A stretch of 64,000 nucleotides of DNA from Octopus vulgaris (taxonomy: Eukaryota). The stretch spans positions 18,352,001 through 18,416,000 of the forward strand of contig OX597818.1 of assembly GCA_951406725.2 (NCBI GenBank). The letters are read 5' to 3'. Made by a program: the position numbers and the translations under genes. Positions 1 through 17,045 of this stretch are shown piece after piece. Positions within the stretch are counted from its first letter, which is position 1, and every line of letters begins with the position of its first letter. The notes beneath the pieces were generated by a model, which was not told where the DNA came from, made no database searches, and saw only the letters and a list, made by a program, of their open reading frames with translations.

Positions 1-227
1 GACCAGCCTCTCCTCTCCATACCATTGATGTTATCCAAGGGAAAGGCAGAGGCCGATACAGCTTGGAACTAGTAACGTCGCAATTCATTTCTACTGCTGA
101 GTTAACTGGAGCAGCGTGAAATAAAGTGTCTCGCTCAAGAACACAACACGCAGCCCGGTCCGGGAATCGAACTCACAACCTCATGACCGTAAGCTCGACG
201 CTGTAACCACTGAGCCATGCGCCTTCA
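1..227 (-). mobile_element. tRNA-derived SINE (family S1), runs off the window edge
   Basis: Minus strand begins GGCGCATGGCTCAGTGGTTA (A box)...GAGTTCGATTCCC (B box), then gtgttgtgttcttgagcgagacact body; same family at 47539-47875. Confidence 0.85.
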
Positions 228-249
228 CCATATATATATATATATATAT

Positions 250-647
250 AGGCGTAGGAGTGGCTGTGTGGTAAGTAGCTTGTTTACTAACCACATGATT
301 CCGGGTTCAGTCCCACTGCGTGACACCTTGGGCAAGTGTCTTCTACTATAGCCTCGGGCCGACCAAAGCCTTGTGAGTGGATTTGGTATACTGAAACTGA
401 AAAGAAGCCCGTCGTATATATGTATATATATATATATGCGTGTGTGTGTTTGTGTGTCTGTGTTTGTCCTCCTAGCATTGCTTGACAACCGATGCTGGTG
501 TGTTTATGTCCCCGTTACTTAGCGGTTCGGCAAAAGAGACCGATAGAATAAGTACTGGGCTTACAAAAGAATAAGTCCCGGGGTCGAATTGCTCGATTAA
601 AGGCGGTGCTCTAGCATGGCTGCAGTCAAATGACTGAAACAAGTAAA

Positions 648-650
<3 letters not shown>
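250..650 (+). mobile_element. tRNA-derived SINE (family S2) with internal (TA)/(TG) microsatellite
   Basis: TGGCTGTGTGG A box, GGTTCAGTCCC B box, ccttgggcaagtgtcttctactatagcc core; related copies at 718-880(-), 5935-6272, 25700-26080(-), 26515-26672, 63604-63760. Confidence 0.85.
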
Positions 651-723
<73 letters not shown>

Positions 724-1461
724 TACGAAATTCCTTCAGTTTCCGTCTCCACTCACAATGTTTTGGTCGAACTGAAGCTATAGTAGAAGACACGTGCCCA
801 AAGTGCCATGCAGTGCGTTTGATCCCGGAACCATATGTTTGGAGAGCAAGTGTCTTATCACACAGTCGCACGTGGCACATCATTATATCTTGTTCAACTC
901 ATCTCTACTGGAACCACAAATATGACGCATAGATCTCATGAGTAGAATAAAGTCTTGTTAGTTTGGCTTGTCGCTATGATTTTGTTTTAACGGCTCTAAT
1001 TCAGCGAATGGGAGTGTAGCACCAATATCCGGTTCAGATAAGAAGAAGACTTTCATCAAATGAAATATCATCATCACACTTGGACAATAACACTCACAGG
1101 CAAACACACATACATGTAACTGTGTGGTAGTAAGCAAGGTTAATTCTTCGTTGCTGAAGGATTGGTAGGTGAAAAGAAACATTCTCATTAACACAAAGTT
1201 ATAAGAGACGCTGCGAACTTTAGAATAAACATGTATCTAGTCTTTATCTACACAGAATCACAATCACATAATGATTTATATGTATACATACGCGCACACA
1301 TACGACACACAAACACACACACAGACACGCACACACAGACGTACACACACAAACACACACATGCACACACACACATACATTTATATACATACATAGATAC
1401 ACACATACATAAATGTATATATGTGTGTATATATATATATACGTATATGTATACTTAGATG

Positions 1462-1531
<70 letters not shown>

Positions 1532-1536
<5 letters not shown>

Positions 1537-1700
1537 GAAATTTACAGAAAGACAAAAAGTCGAAGAAGGTGTATAAACAACAAGCGGGTGTATTAGTTTG
1601 ACGCCCCAGAATGTGAATCTTTTATGTTTCGAGCCTACGCTCTTCAACAGAAAGGAACACAGAGAAATAAAAACAGAGAGAGAAGGGGACAGAATAAAAT
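1532..1700 (-). mobile_element. Penelope-like pLTR-type repeat with degenerate hammerhead (1619-1654)
   Basis: Minus: cttt CTGTTGA a gagc-gtag-gctc GAAAC ATA aaag. Stems I and II pair; core has A6U and a mutated stem III; the element runs into (TA)n. Confidence 0.55.
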
Positions 1701-1786
1701 AATTTTTGGAGTTAAGGAAAAATTTGTAGGTGTAGACGATTTTTAATTCATAAATTCATAATCCAGTTTGGTACAGATCCAATATA

Positions 1787-1878
1787 AATTCTACAAATTG
1801 TTTCGGAGTCTACTTAATTCCAAAGACATAAACGAAAAACTCTTCTTGAAATAAAAATGAGATTCTTCGTCAGGAATT
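1787..1878 (-). ncRNA. Type I hammerhead ribozyme motif with long stem II insert
   Basis: Minus: aattc CTGACGA agaatct...agactcc GAAAC aattt GTA gaatt. Perfect 5-bp stem I, intact core, near-palindromic stem III, stem II 5/7 paired. Confidence 0.7.
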
Positions 1879-3584
1879 ACATACTGGTATGAATAATTAC
1901 GACCGACAAAAATATACAAAAACCTTTCATAGCTCAGACGGGAACGAGCAAATATTATTTGTTCGTTCCCGTTCGTTCCCGTCTGGGCAATGTTTTTCTA
2001 AAAGTAGGTTATGAATTTCTGTTGATCTATCCGAGAACCAGTCACTGGACTTATGGGATTTAAATCCCACTGACGAACTTGCAGCCTGAAATACTTTTGT
2101 TTTAAAATCTTCCCATAGATTGCCAGTGCTTTGAGGGAGTCATTCTCAGAACGCTGTGCCACAGTCACCCGGCGAACAAGCAAAATACATACAGTCTGTA
2201 CGTGCGGTCGATAATGTTATCATATTAGCGCTACTTTTAATTCATAACAGAATTTAAACTTAAATATTAATCGTCGTGGTACACCAACAAATGGTTCTTA
2301 AACTATTTGTATATAGTCATAGACTGGCGAGGCAGTTCGTTTCCGGTTCGATTCAGATACGTTATGTTGATAATCCACAAAAAATGGCGAAATATCAGTA
2401 TCCGACATTCCTGGATGGGATTGGAAGTCTAGTAGTTTCACTTGTCTAAGACGTTCAAGTGTTTTAACACCCAGTGTTATGAGGGTGTCGTTTCAAGGTC
2501 GCTCCTCTGCAGTGAAGAGGCGAACAAGCAAAGCACATATACTGAGTATGAGCGGTCGATAATATATATATATATATATATACATACACCCCCCCACACA
2601 CACACATATGGTGACTGCGCAATCTTCACCGATGATTATCGTCTCCTTGTGTTACCACGTTGTCATTAGCATTTCTGACTTTCCATCCATGATCTCTCAG
2701 ATGACTATTCAATCCCACTCCTTTGTAACTTTGCTTCCAGCTGGTTAGGTCTGCACACGTCTCTACTCTTCCTTCGCCATATGACTTTCAGTATAATAAA
2801 TGACAAATGAGATCACAATAAAAAGACATGTATACATCACTGGATTATAGTGTTAAAAGCTGTTACAACACTCTGTGATTAGTACTTAATAAGAGACCGA
2901 AGCAAGATTGTTAGTAATCCTGTAAAACACAAAGTGTCTATCTCCCACCCTCCTGCTGGATTTTCTCTACATTCTTATTAACCCATAGCTGTGACCCTGG
3001 TATGTGATACTACTCTGGTTGAGAACAGACCTGGGAACAATTTTGTATAAGAGGGGGTTCCACACTTCTCAAAAACCTGGAATTCCCGAACCAGAGTCCC
3101 ACCACCGGATACCGCTTAAAATGTGATTGTGTCTGCATATATTAATATTTAGTTTATTTCTAGAGTTCATGCCAATAGATAAAGTCACCTTTTCTAACCG
3201 AGACCCAAGGCTCCTTCATTGAAATTTTAGACAGCATCACCAAAGTATTTGTGTATGTTTGTGTGTCTGTCTGTACTATTTGGAATCAGTACATGTGCTG
3301 AGTTGTATGTTTTATGTATATATTTTCAAGTATAGAGTTGTATGTCTCGACAAATGTTCGACTACATTTATACATACATATATATATAAATATATAAAAT
3401 TATAATTATATAAATATAAAAATATATACATTTATAAATTTATAAATTTATTTCGTCATTATATTTACTGCGGTGATATTTTGACCATATCGCACGAGGA
3501 GTTATAGGCGGGTAATTTAAACTGGTCGAGTGCATACGTGCATATAAATGTATGTATACGTTCCTATATGTAAGCATTTGTATG

Positions 3585-3640
<56 letters not shown>

Positions 3641-3659
3641 ATTTATGTTACTATCTGTG

Positions 3660-3865
3660 TATATTCCACTGATGAGGCAAAGAATTTCTTATGCAGAACC
3701 AGAACTGAGGGATCTAGAATTATCCAGTAATTTTTTCTAGTTTATGTTGTCCTTTTGTCTTCTCTCCTAGTGCTGTATGAACATTTAATGTGGTTTTAGA
3801 GTCATGTTTTGACTGGTATTTCCAGCGTGGTGGTATCTATTAGATACCCTAAATTATAATTTTAA
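3660..3865 (+). mobile_element. Possible Penelope-like pLTR remnant with degenerate hammerhead
   Basis: CTGATGA g gca...tgc aGAAC at 3669-3699, followed by a T-rich tail ending at (TACA)n; the GAAAC half is mutated. Confidence 0.35.
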
Positions 3866-3884
3866 TACATACATACATACATAC

Positions 3885-3915
<31 letters not shown>

Positions 3916-4027
3916 GCCCGAAGGCCGCGGCCATGGGGCACCACCGCTGAATACTAGTTTGTGAATCCATATATACAAGGGAGTTCGATGCTGCTGCCCG
4001 CATCCGTGTCTCCTGTCGTGAGGTAGG

Positions 4028-4070
<43 letters not shown>

Positions 4071-4072
<2 letters not shown>

Positions 4073-5263
4073 AGTAACTTTGAATGCCAAAGTTTGGGAC
4101 AAGCCTACATAATATTACTGCATATCTCTCCCGCCTCCGCTCCAGGAGAAGAGGTTTAATACCTTCAGTCTTTCCCAGTAGCTGACATTCTGCATTGAGA
4201 CGATTTTCTTTGTGTAGCTTCTCTGAGTTGCTTCGAGTTCTGCTGTTTGTTTTATATTGTGTGGTGACCAAAGTTGGGAGCAGCAGTCCAAGCGGCCGAG
4301 GACAAATGTCTTCCACAGGACCATCAGTGTCTCCCTCCCTCCTGCTCTGAAAGCTCGGAGAATCCATCCAGCCAGCCGTCTGCATTTTATCACCAGATTA
4401 GCAATATGCATTTGGAAAGATGCATCATTGCTCATGTCAATGCCCAGGTCACGCACTGATTTTGACTCAGGGATTGCAATTCTTCCTGGGCCAGTGTATC
4501 CAGTCTTCACGTCATTTACCTTTGTGTGCCAGTAGCGCAGGGCCTGGAACTTACCTGCATTAAACTGCATGTTGTTGTCCTCAGCCCACCTGTATATTGT
4601 GTCCAGCTCATGTTGCAGATGCGCAATATTTTCAGGGTTCTGTATTGCGTGGGAGACCTTTGTGTCATCTGCATAGCTAGCAAGGGTGGTCATCGTAGCA
4701 ACTGAAGGCATGTCTGAAAGGGCCACTATGAACATCAGTGGCCCCAAGACAGTGCCCTGTGGGACACCGCTTGTTATTTGCGTTTCCCTGGAGGTGGCTC
4801 CATTGCTCACAACTGCCTGTTTTCTGTCTTTTAGGAAGTTGTGCAGCCACTCTCCAAGTTTCCCGCCTATGCCGAGACCACGCAGTTTGTGACAGATCAT
4901 ACCATGGTCGACTTTATCAAAGGCTTTTGCAAAGTCAAGATATATTACATCCACATTTGAGCCATTTAGTAGCTGTTTCAACACCCAGTCATAGTGTTGC
5001 AGGAGCTGTGTTAGGCAGCCTCTACCTGGTCGAAATCCATGCTGGGTGTCAGACAGTAAGTCATTTTCTTCAAGGAACATGATTAGTTTCTTACGGACTA
5101 TTCGTTCCATGACTTTGCTGATGTGTGAGGTCAGAGAGATAGGCCTATAATTTTTAGCATCTGCTCTGCTACCTCCCTTATGGATAGGGCATATTACCCC
5201 CTCTTTCAGTTTGACTGGGAGCTTACCACTTGCAAGAAAGCTCTGAAAAAGAAGCTGTAGCTT
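4071..5263 (-). mobile_element. CR1/Jockey-group LINE reverse transcriptase fragment
   Basis: ORF 4115..5344 (N-terminal part is microsatellite) has NYRPISLTS, QHGFR, YLDFAKAFDKVDH, GVPQGTVLGP, YADDTK; both ends truncated at microsatellites. Confidence 0.92.
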
Positions 5264-5289
5264 CATACATACATACGTACATACATACA

Positions 5290-5339
<50 letters not shown>

Positions 5340-5384
5340 CACATACATATATATACATATATACATACATAGATATATCTAAAA

Positions 5385-5421
<37 letters not shown>

Positions 5422-5454
5422 CACATATCCCCCACAGATCTATATATGTATAAA

Positions 5455-5489
<35 letters not shown>

Positions 5490-6289
5490 TGTATTTTTTC
5501 TCCGTATACATGTATATATATGTATATACATATATACATATACGTTTGTGTTTGCGCGCGTATTTATGTGTGTGTGCTTGTGTTTGTGTGTATGTGTGAG
5601 TGCGCGCGCACTTTTGTGTATGTGTGTATGTGTGTGTGTATACTTACATGCATAAATACCGCATACATATATGTGGAGGGGATGTATGTCGATAAACAAA
5701 ATTGAAGACAAGAAACTAGCAAACAAGCATGTAAGTCAGTGATAACAATGAAGAAGAATGAATGGAGTTATAAGGAATTAGTGAAAGAATGCAAAATGAA
5801 ATATAATAAGATGGAATAAAGCTTGAAGCAAAAGCCATTAGGCATTAGTGAAAGGTAGAAATAAATGCTTTCATTATTATGGGGACTAAGGTAGTCAGAG
5901 TTATATAAAAATATAACCTTCTATTTATACATCTGTACGTGGTAAAAAAACTGGCTTCTCTAGCACATGGCTCTGGATTCAGTCCCAATCCGTGGAACCT
6001 TGAGCAAGTGTCTGCTAACATAGCCACGGGCCGACCAAAGCCTTGTAGATAGAAACTGAAAGAAGCCGGTCGTATATACACAACCGGTTTTTGTGTGTTT
6101 ACGCCCTTTTAACCTCGCGGTTCGGCAAAAGAGACCGGCTGAATAAATAACATTCGTAGCAAAAAGAAAAAAAAATCGATTGCTAAGGTCGATTCCTTCG
6201 ACTAAAAAGTTCTTCAAGGCGTGACCCAGTATAGTTGTAGTTTAATGACCGAAACAACTAAAAGATAAAAGATGAATGATCTATATATA

Positions 6290-7500
6290 TGTATAATCAA
6301 AATAAGCGACAGGATATCAGGAAGTGATGCAGTACGACTGTTTGTAGCGGCTCCATTTAACTGAACAATGCAATCATTATATCAATTTAAATGCAGTGCC
6401 ATCTTCAGCTGCACAAATAAATAAATTGAATTTTAACCGGTAGAACAAATAAATATAATATTTCTCAAATATTTTAACAGAGCAAGAAGATGGAAGAAAT
6501 TCATATCGTCGCTATTGTAGCTAAGAATAGACTACACTTCCAAGAATCGCATAGTGTTGTAAGAGGATTGTAATTCATTTCTAATTCATTTATCTCTTTA
6601 TCAACTACTAAATCTAAAACTAGAAGACTGTGTCTATTTTGAATAAAGGACAATAGTGAGTTCATGTATTCCTTTTTCTCGGGGAGGAAAGAAGACATGG
6701 ACGTAGTTGAGGGCAGTTAAAAGTTATTCAGATTGAAGACATTTTATAAATTGTAATGTTACAGGTGTTATTGTATCTATGAATTAATTTAATATTCATT
6801 TCTTTACTTAATTAATAACTTATTAGGTGGCTTCTAATAAAGACTGCTCAGGGCTTTTACTTATGGAAAGATAAACATTCTATCTATTAATTTCAAGCCG
6901 TGAATCAAGAAAAAAAGTAAAGATGCATACAGATACACACACATTCATATATGTGCATATATACATATATAAACACACACAAATATTTATACGTTTATAT
7001 GGATATGGTATAACCATCTCGCATAGACTAAAGTAACTGAAAAATATATATTTAAGAACAAGAAAAATAACAATTTATAAGGGATAAGATAATAGGTAAG
7101 AATATCAAATAAGAAAACAAAATAATAAGAATTTATAGAAAATAATAAGAAAGATATATAACCTACATTTAAAGAGTCAGAGGATTAAAATTTGAGGTTG
7201 GGAAGAGGTACAGGTAACCGGAAAAGAGGAGTAATAGGTATGGACGTAGTGAGGGCAGTTAAAGTTATTCAGATTGAAGACATTTTATAAATTGTAATGT
7301 TACAGGTGTTATTGTATCTATGATTTTATAGTTTTTGTGGGGTATATAATTTAATCGAAAGGCGTCTTGCATAAAGTCACCACAAATATACATTATATGA
7401 TCAATAGGGTAGAACATCACAGAAAGGAAAATAGTGTAATCACCAAAATAGGATGAAGTCAGACTAACTAGGCAGGGGTTATCATGGGAATCTCAATTAA
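6290..7500 (-). mobile_element. AT-rich non-autonomous repeat with 3' hammerhead-like motif (6328-6413); second copy at about 46640-47460
   Basis: 6295-6660 is the reverse complement of about 47070-47450. Minus: tgcag CTGAAGA tggc...gccg ctaCAAAC agtc GTA ctgca. Internal ~85-bp duplication (6698-6782 vs 7240-7323). The 5' boundary is uncertain. Confidence 0.6.
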
Positions 7501-7524
7501 TCATATATATATGAATATATATAC

Positions 7525-11668
<4,144 letters not shown>

Positions 11669-11711
11669 AGATCATATAATATATGATATTATATAACACC
11701 CACTGATACAT

Positions 11712-11759
<48 letters not shown>

Positions 11760-11797
11760 CAGGCACATACATTGATACACACTTATACATACATACA

Positions 11798-11899
<102 letters not shown>

Positions 11900-12479
11900 T
11901 AGATAGATAGCAACGCGCTCAGGAAATTTTGCCATTGTGTGAGATGAAGTATTGACATCCATGTCCTGGCTTAAGTCTTATGTTTTATTATTTTCCGAAA
12001 ATGTCTGCCACTGGCCATAACACGTTACAGTTTGCGGTTTGGTAGAATGTCAAGTTTCTGTATTAGCAATTACATCGGCCTGCGAGCGCAAGAGGAAGCA
12101 GTTTCATTTGTATTATAAAAAACGTGACAAAGAATAGGAAAGGTATCAGAAATAACGCAATTCACCTTTTAAACGTATGAGAAAGATGATAGCTGCTACT
12201 GCTGTTGTGTTAATGTCGTGTAACTGTTATATTTGCTGGAATAGCGTGGAATCTTAGACTGTTATTTATTATTGAGCTGGTTTCTTTCTTAATCTATTTG
12301 ATCATAATTGATTGAATTTTCTTGTATCGTAGTGATCAAGTGCAATTATTCTGTATCACTTTAACCTGCATCCTGTAGTAGGATTTTGGTTCGGAAGTTC
12401 TAGAGTTTTGATGGGTGTGGAATCCACTCTTAGCCACTATTTTTCCCAGGTCAACTCCGACCCAGATTAGTAGCACTTG

Positions 12480-13030
12480 CAAGGGTGATCTCAGTTAGGG
12501 GTTAGTTAGCAACTCCGCCGGGCAGATGGAGCTCGTTATTAGCCTGGTGGGGAGAGGGTAACACATCTAGTGGGAGAATAAACCTAATTCCAAACCTCAC
12601 TGCCTTGCGGCCATAAGTAGCGGTGGGCAAAATTTCAGGAATAAACTCTGAGGAAAAATCAGGAATCAGAGCCCTTGAAGTTGTTTGACGTTGTTTATAA
12701 TCTGTTTTGGCAACTTTTGCGATGGCGTTGGTGGAATTTTACTAAGCTTATGCTGTTTCCTTTGGAACCATCAGTAACGTGGGGAAGAAGATACGCCTTA
12801 GGAGCAACAACCTTTTCTCCGTACTATATTGGCCAGGCTTTGGTCCTATCGAAATGCCTTTATTAGAGAGACTGAACTCAGCAGAAAAAAGGCGGTTCCA
12901 CAGAGAAGACAACAAACAGTACGGAAACAGCCCCACAGGTGCGGCTTGTGTGGCAGAGATTGCCATTCATGCACATGACTGTTTCCCCGCAGTGACAATG
13001 CTGTTCCAATGGGGCAGACAACTAAGTACT
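12480..13030 (+). mobile_element. Possible degraded 5' UTR of an RTE-type LINE
   Basis: aaacctcactgccttgcggcc...ctctgaggaaaaatcagga pattern recalled from RTE-type 5' regions; no coding support here. Confidence 0.35.
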
Positions 13031-14198
13031 TTATTCATGGTCCATATTGACAAATGGAGATTGTATTCTGCATGTAGATCCAAGTGGCAGAGCTCTCTCT
13101 TGTGGAATTCATATTACATACATTTATCGTGTTCAAACCCTGCTAAGTTACAATTCTGCTGCCCTTATAGTCTTTTATCATCTCCCATGAGTATCATACA
13201 TGATATATAACATGACTATGATCCAACTTTATGTTCGGAAAATTCTTTAACCTCGATTAGGTGAAATCAACATCTGCGTGCTTCTTTCATATGTCTTGTG
13301 GGACAGAACTATTAGTAAGCAACTTAATATTCGCGACAAATCCTATAAAAGACCTTGCGATCTGATTAGCAAAGATTGAACCACCAACATTTTTAAACCA
13401 CTAGGTCATAGAGAATTTTGCCGAAGGGGTCCCTACCTGCTCGCTCAAAATACAGGAAATAGCAGTCAAATCTTCATTAAAATACACATCGCTGACTTAG
13501 AAAAAGATACATTGCATGATGTCTTTTTGGGGTGCCATTTACAATGAAAATAGGCCGAATAGTTGGCCCTGTCTAAAAGATAACTGTAATAACTAGGTCA
13601 AGTATGTGTTTGCTATTTCAGACCATTTTTTCCCGACAACAAAGACATCCGTTCTTCTCTAATACTTAGTTCTACCTTCTCTCTACACGGAATTGCTGTA
13701 TTTCGATTCTTCTCTGTTCTCCAGAATGTTAACTTTCTGGAACTAATTCTTTTTCTCAATGTTCCTTTGTAGCATCGACCTACAGATGTTCGAACATAAT
13801 TTCAAGCAAACAAACTGCATCAGTTTGGAATGGGGTCACGAAGAGGTCAGGACCACTAACTTTTCTCTTTTGACTAATTTACACATGAAAAATGCATGAG
13901 AATCCGTAAAACCAGTAGCCTTGAAACTGACATATAATAGGCCCCACACAGATATTTTGTTCCCTCCATTCACTGTTCATTTTTCTACTATAGGCACAAG
14001 GCCTGAAATTTTGGTGGATGGAGCTAGTCGATTGCATCGAGCCTAGTAATTGACTGGCACTTATTTTATCAGCCTTAAAGTGGACCTCGGCGGAATTTGA
14101 CTCAGTACGTAAAGCCGAAAGAAATGCCGCTAGCTCAGCGTGCTAACGATTCTACCAGTTCATCGCCTTTCCATCGTCTGGTAATAAGAAGACAACAT

Positions 14199-14765
14199 AG
14201 GCGGCGAGCTGGTACGCCGGACGAAATGCTTTGTGGTATTTCGTCCGCCGCTGCGTTCTGAGTTCAAATTTCGCCGAGGTCGACTTTACCTTTCATCCTT
14301 TCGGGGTCGATAAATTAAGTACCAGTGACGCACTAGGGTCGATGTAATCGACTTAATCTGTTTGTCTGTACTTGTCTATCCCCTCTATGTTTAGCCCCTT
14401 GTGGGTAGTAAAGAAATAGGTATTTCGTCTGCCGTTACGTTGTGAGTTCAAATTCCGCCGAGGTCCACTTTGCCTTTCATCATTTCAGGGTCAATTAAAT
14501 AAGTACCAGTTACGCACTGGGGTCGATATAATCGACTTAATCCGTTTGTCTGTCCTTGTTTGTCCTCTGAGTTTAGCCCTTTGTGGGTAGTAAAGAAATA
14601 GGTATTTCGTCTGGCGTTACGTTGTGAGTTCAAATTCTGCCGAGGTCAACTTTGCCTTTCTTCCTTTCGGGGTTGATAAATTAAATACCAGTTGCATACT
14701 GTGGTCGAACTAATCGACTGGCCCCCTCCCTCAAAATTTTGGGCCTTGTGCCATGAGTAGAAAAG
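14199..14765 (+). mobile_element. Trimeric tRNA-derived SINE (family S3) with 16-bp TSD
   Basis: One ggcggcgagctgg head plus three gagttcaaatt-y-cgccgaggtc units about 183 bp apart; TSD aataagaagacaacat at 14183-14198 and 14766-14781. Confidence 0.9.
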
Positions 14766-15229
14766 AATAAGAAGACAACATGCAGTTGGCTTCCATATTT
14801 CTTTTCCTTCGCCATAGATTTAGACAAATTTGAAAAGTTTCTAACCATTATAGTTGGCAATTTGTTAACCTTCGTTTCAACCACAGCGGTTCTCGTACGA
14901 GAAACGCTGCATTAAATCGTCTGCGATCCTCTTACTTCAAAAAATTATCCTTGTGTCAAAGATAGAAATCAGTCTTCCACACACATCAACACACACAGAG
15001 GCAGCCGCACGCGTCCATGCACTCATGTTCGTTTGCTTGTCTTCATTCTACATAATACATATGATAAATGTATATTAGTAAATGCCGAGTTTTTGTTTTA
15101 CTATTATAAATTTTCCGTGAAAATCACGACTTTATGGTTATGCCCTTCAGCGTAACTCCTGGCATAAGTTATGGTGACATCATAACAATATCGTAACTGC
15201 ATCAAAATATATTTTACCTATTTCTATCC

Positions 15230-15478
<249 letters not shown>

Positions 15479-15888
15479 CCTATCCATCTATCTCCATGTG
15501 ATGATATTTATATAGGTATGAATATAAACTCTTCTATGCATGAGTACACTCGCACGTACACACGCACGTACACACGCACGCACGCACGCACGCATAAATA
15601 CCCACACAAACACGCACACGCTCGCGCGAGGGTCTTACCGAAAGTAACACACACGTTGATACAGTATGTATGACGTTTTCATTAACTGATGGCGGTCTTC
15701 CAAATCAGGCATATCGATAGAGTAAGTCTTCGAGTTCTTCATTGCAGGCACATGATCAGTTTCAAGCAGAAACAACATGCTGTTATTGAGTTCTTGATGA
15801 AGAGGAGCAGACTATTGTCGGACATCCACAAAAGGCTACAGGTTTTTTTACGAAGATGTTCCTATTAACAAAAACAGTATGCACAGAT

Positions 15889-16352
15889 TGAAAATAAGAT
15901 GAACGTTAGAACACCGGGCGAAATGCTTAGCGGTATTACGTCTGTCGTTACGTTCTGCCGAGGTCGACTTTGCCTTTTATCCTTTCGGAGTCGATAAATT
16001 AAGTACCAGTTACGCACTGGGGTCGATATATCGACTTAATCCGTTTGTCTGTCCTTGTTTGTCCCCTCTATGTTTAGACCCTTCTAGGTAATAAAGAAAT
16101 AGATGATAAAGATACTTCCTGAACCCTGTAGACTTATAGGGCCGGTTTCCCGGTTTCCATGGCATTTATTTTGCCCCCTGGACCAGACGCCGGTTTGTCA
16201 CAGGATTACTCATTTTTGCCAGCTGAGTGGACTGGAGCAAGATGAAATGAGGCGTTTCACTCAAGAACACAAAACGTCACCCGGTCCAAGAATCGAAATC
16301 ACAATCTTAGGATCATGAGTCCAACACTCTAACTACTAAGCCACGTGCCTCC
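15889..16352 (-). mobile_element. tRNA-derived SINE with a nested S3 SINE (15903-16102, +)
   Basis: Minus head gtggaggcacgtggcttagtagttaga...gatttcgattc; cacagat repeated on both flanks. Confidence 0.7.
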
Positions 16353-16427
16353 ACACAGATGGATTATGCTGTTTGAGGAAGGGAAAAACAGCATCAAAAT
16401 CAAACCATGCTGCAGTAGATCATAAGC

Positions 16428-16815
16428 AGTGGAGGCGCAATGGCCCAGTGGTTAGGGCAGCGGACTCGCGGTCGTAGGATCGCGGTTTCGATTCCCAGAC
16501 CGGGCATTGTGATTGTTTATTGAGCGAAAACACCTAAAGCTTCACAAGACTCCTGCAGGGGGTGGTGGTGAACCCTGCTGTACTTTCACCACAACTTTCT
16601 CTCACTCTTTCTTCCTGTTTCTGTTGTACCTGTATTTCAAAGGGCCAGCCTTGTCACACTCTGTGTCACGCTGAATCTCCTCGAGAACTACGTTAAGGGT
16701 ACACGTGTCTGTGGAATGCTCAGCCACTTGCACGTTAATTCCATGAGCAAGCTGTTCCGTTGATCGTATCAGCTGGGACCCTCATCGTCGTAACCGATGG
16801 AGTGCTCCTAATAAA
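16428..16815 (+). mobile_element. Full-length tRNA-derived SINE (family S4) with 11-bp TSD
   Basis: TGGCCCAGTGG A box, GTTTCGATTCCC B box; TSD agatcataagc at 16417-16427 and 16816-16826; relatives at 26716-26998(-) and 55152-55430. Confidence 0.9.
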
Positions 16816-17045
16816 AGATCATAAGCTGTAATTACTGACATGAATCGCCAGCGAGTGAAAGTAGTGATTTACGAGGAGAGACGAATTACAATCAGTGAGC
16901 ATATTGCACAACTGGACAATAGTCACTATACATTACAGAAGATAGCGGAATCTTAGATATCGAAAAATGCGTGCAAAGTGGGTACCTCGGTAGTCAACAC
17001 TGTAACTGAAAGAGAGAAGGGTGGAAGAACTGTTCTGATCTGATC

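Larger units (their letters stand above)
15626..17030 (+). mobile_element. Mariner transposase remnant interrupted by nested SINEs
   Basis: Pieces translate KQHAVIEFL..DIHKRLQ, RWIMLFEEGK, YRKMRAKWVPR; a possible HxDNA piece resumes near 20840. Confidence 0.7.

Noticed and set aside
2030-2075. WDLNPISPVTGSRI resembling a viral 2-cysteine adaptor motif
   Set aside because: No flanking cysteines or other viral genes; the hammerhead context fits a retroelement remnant better.
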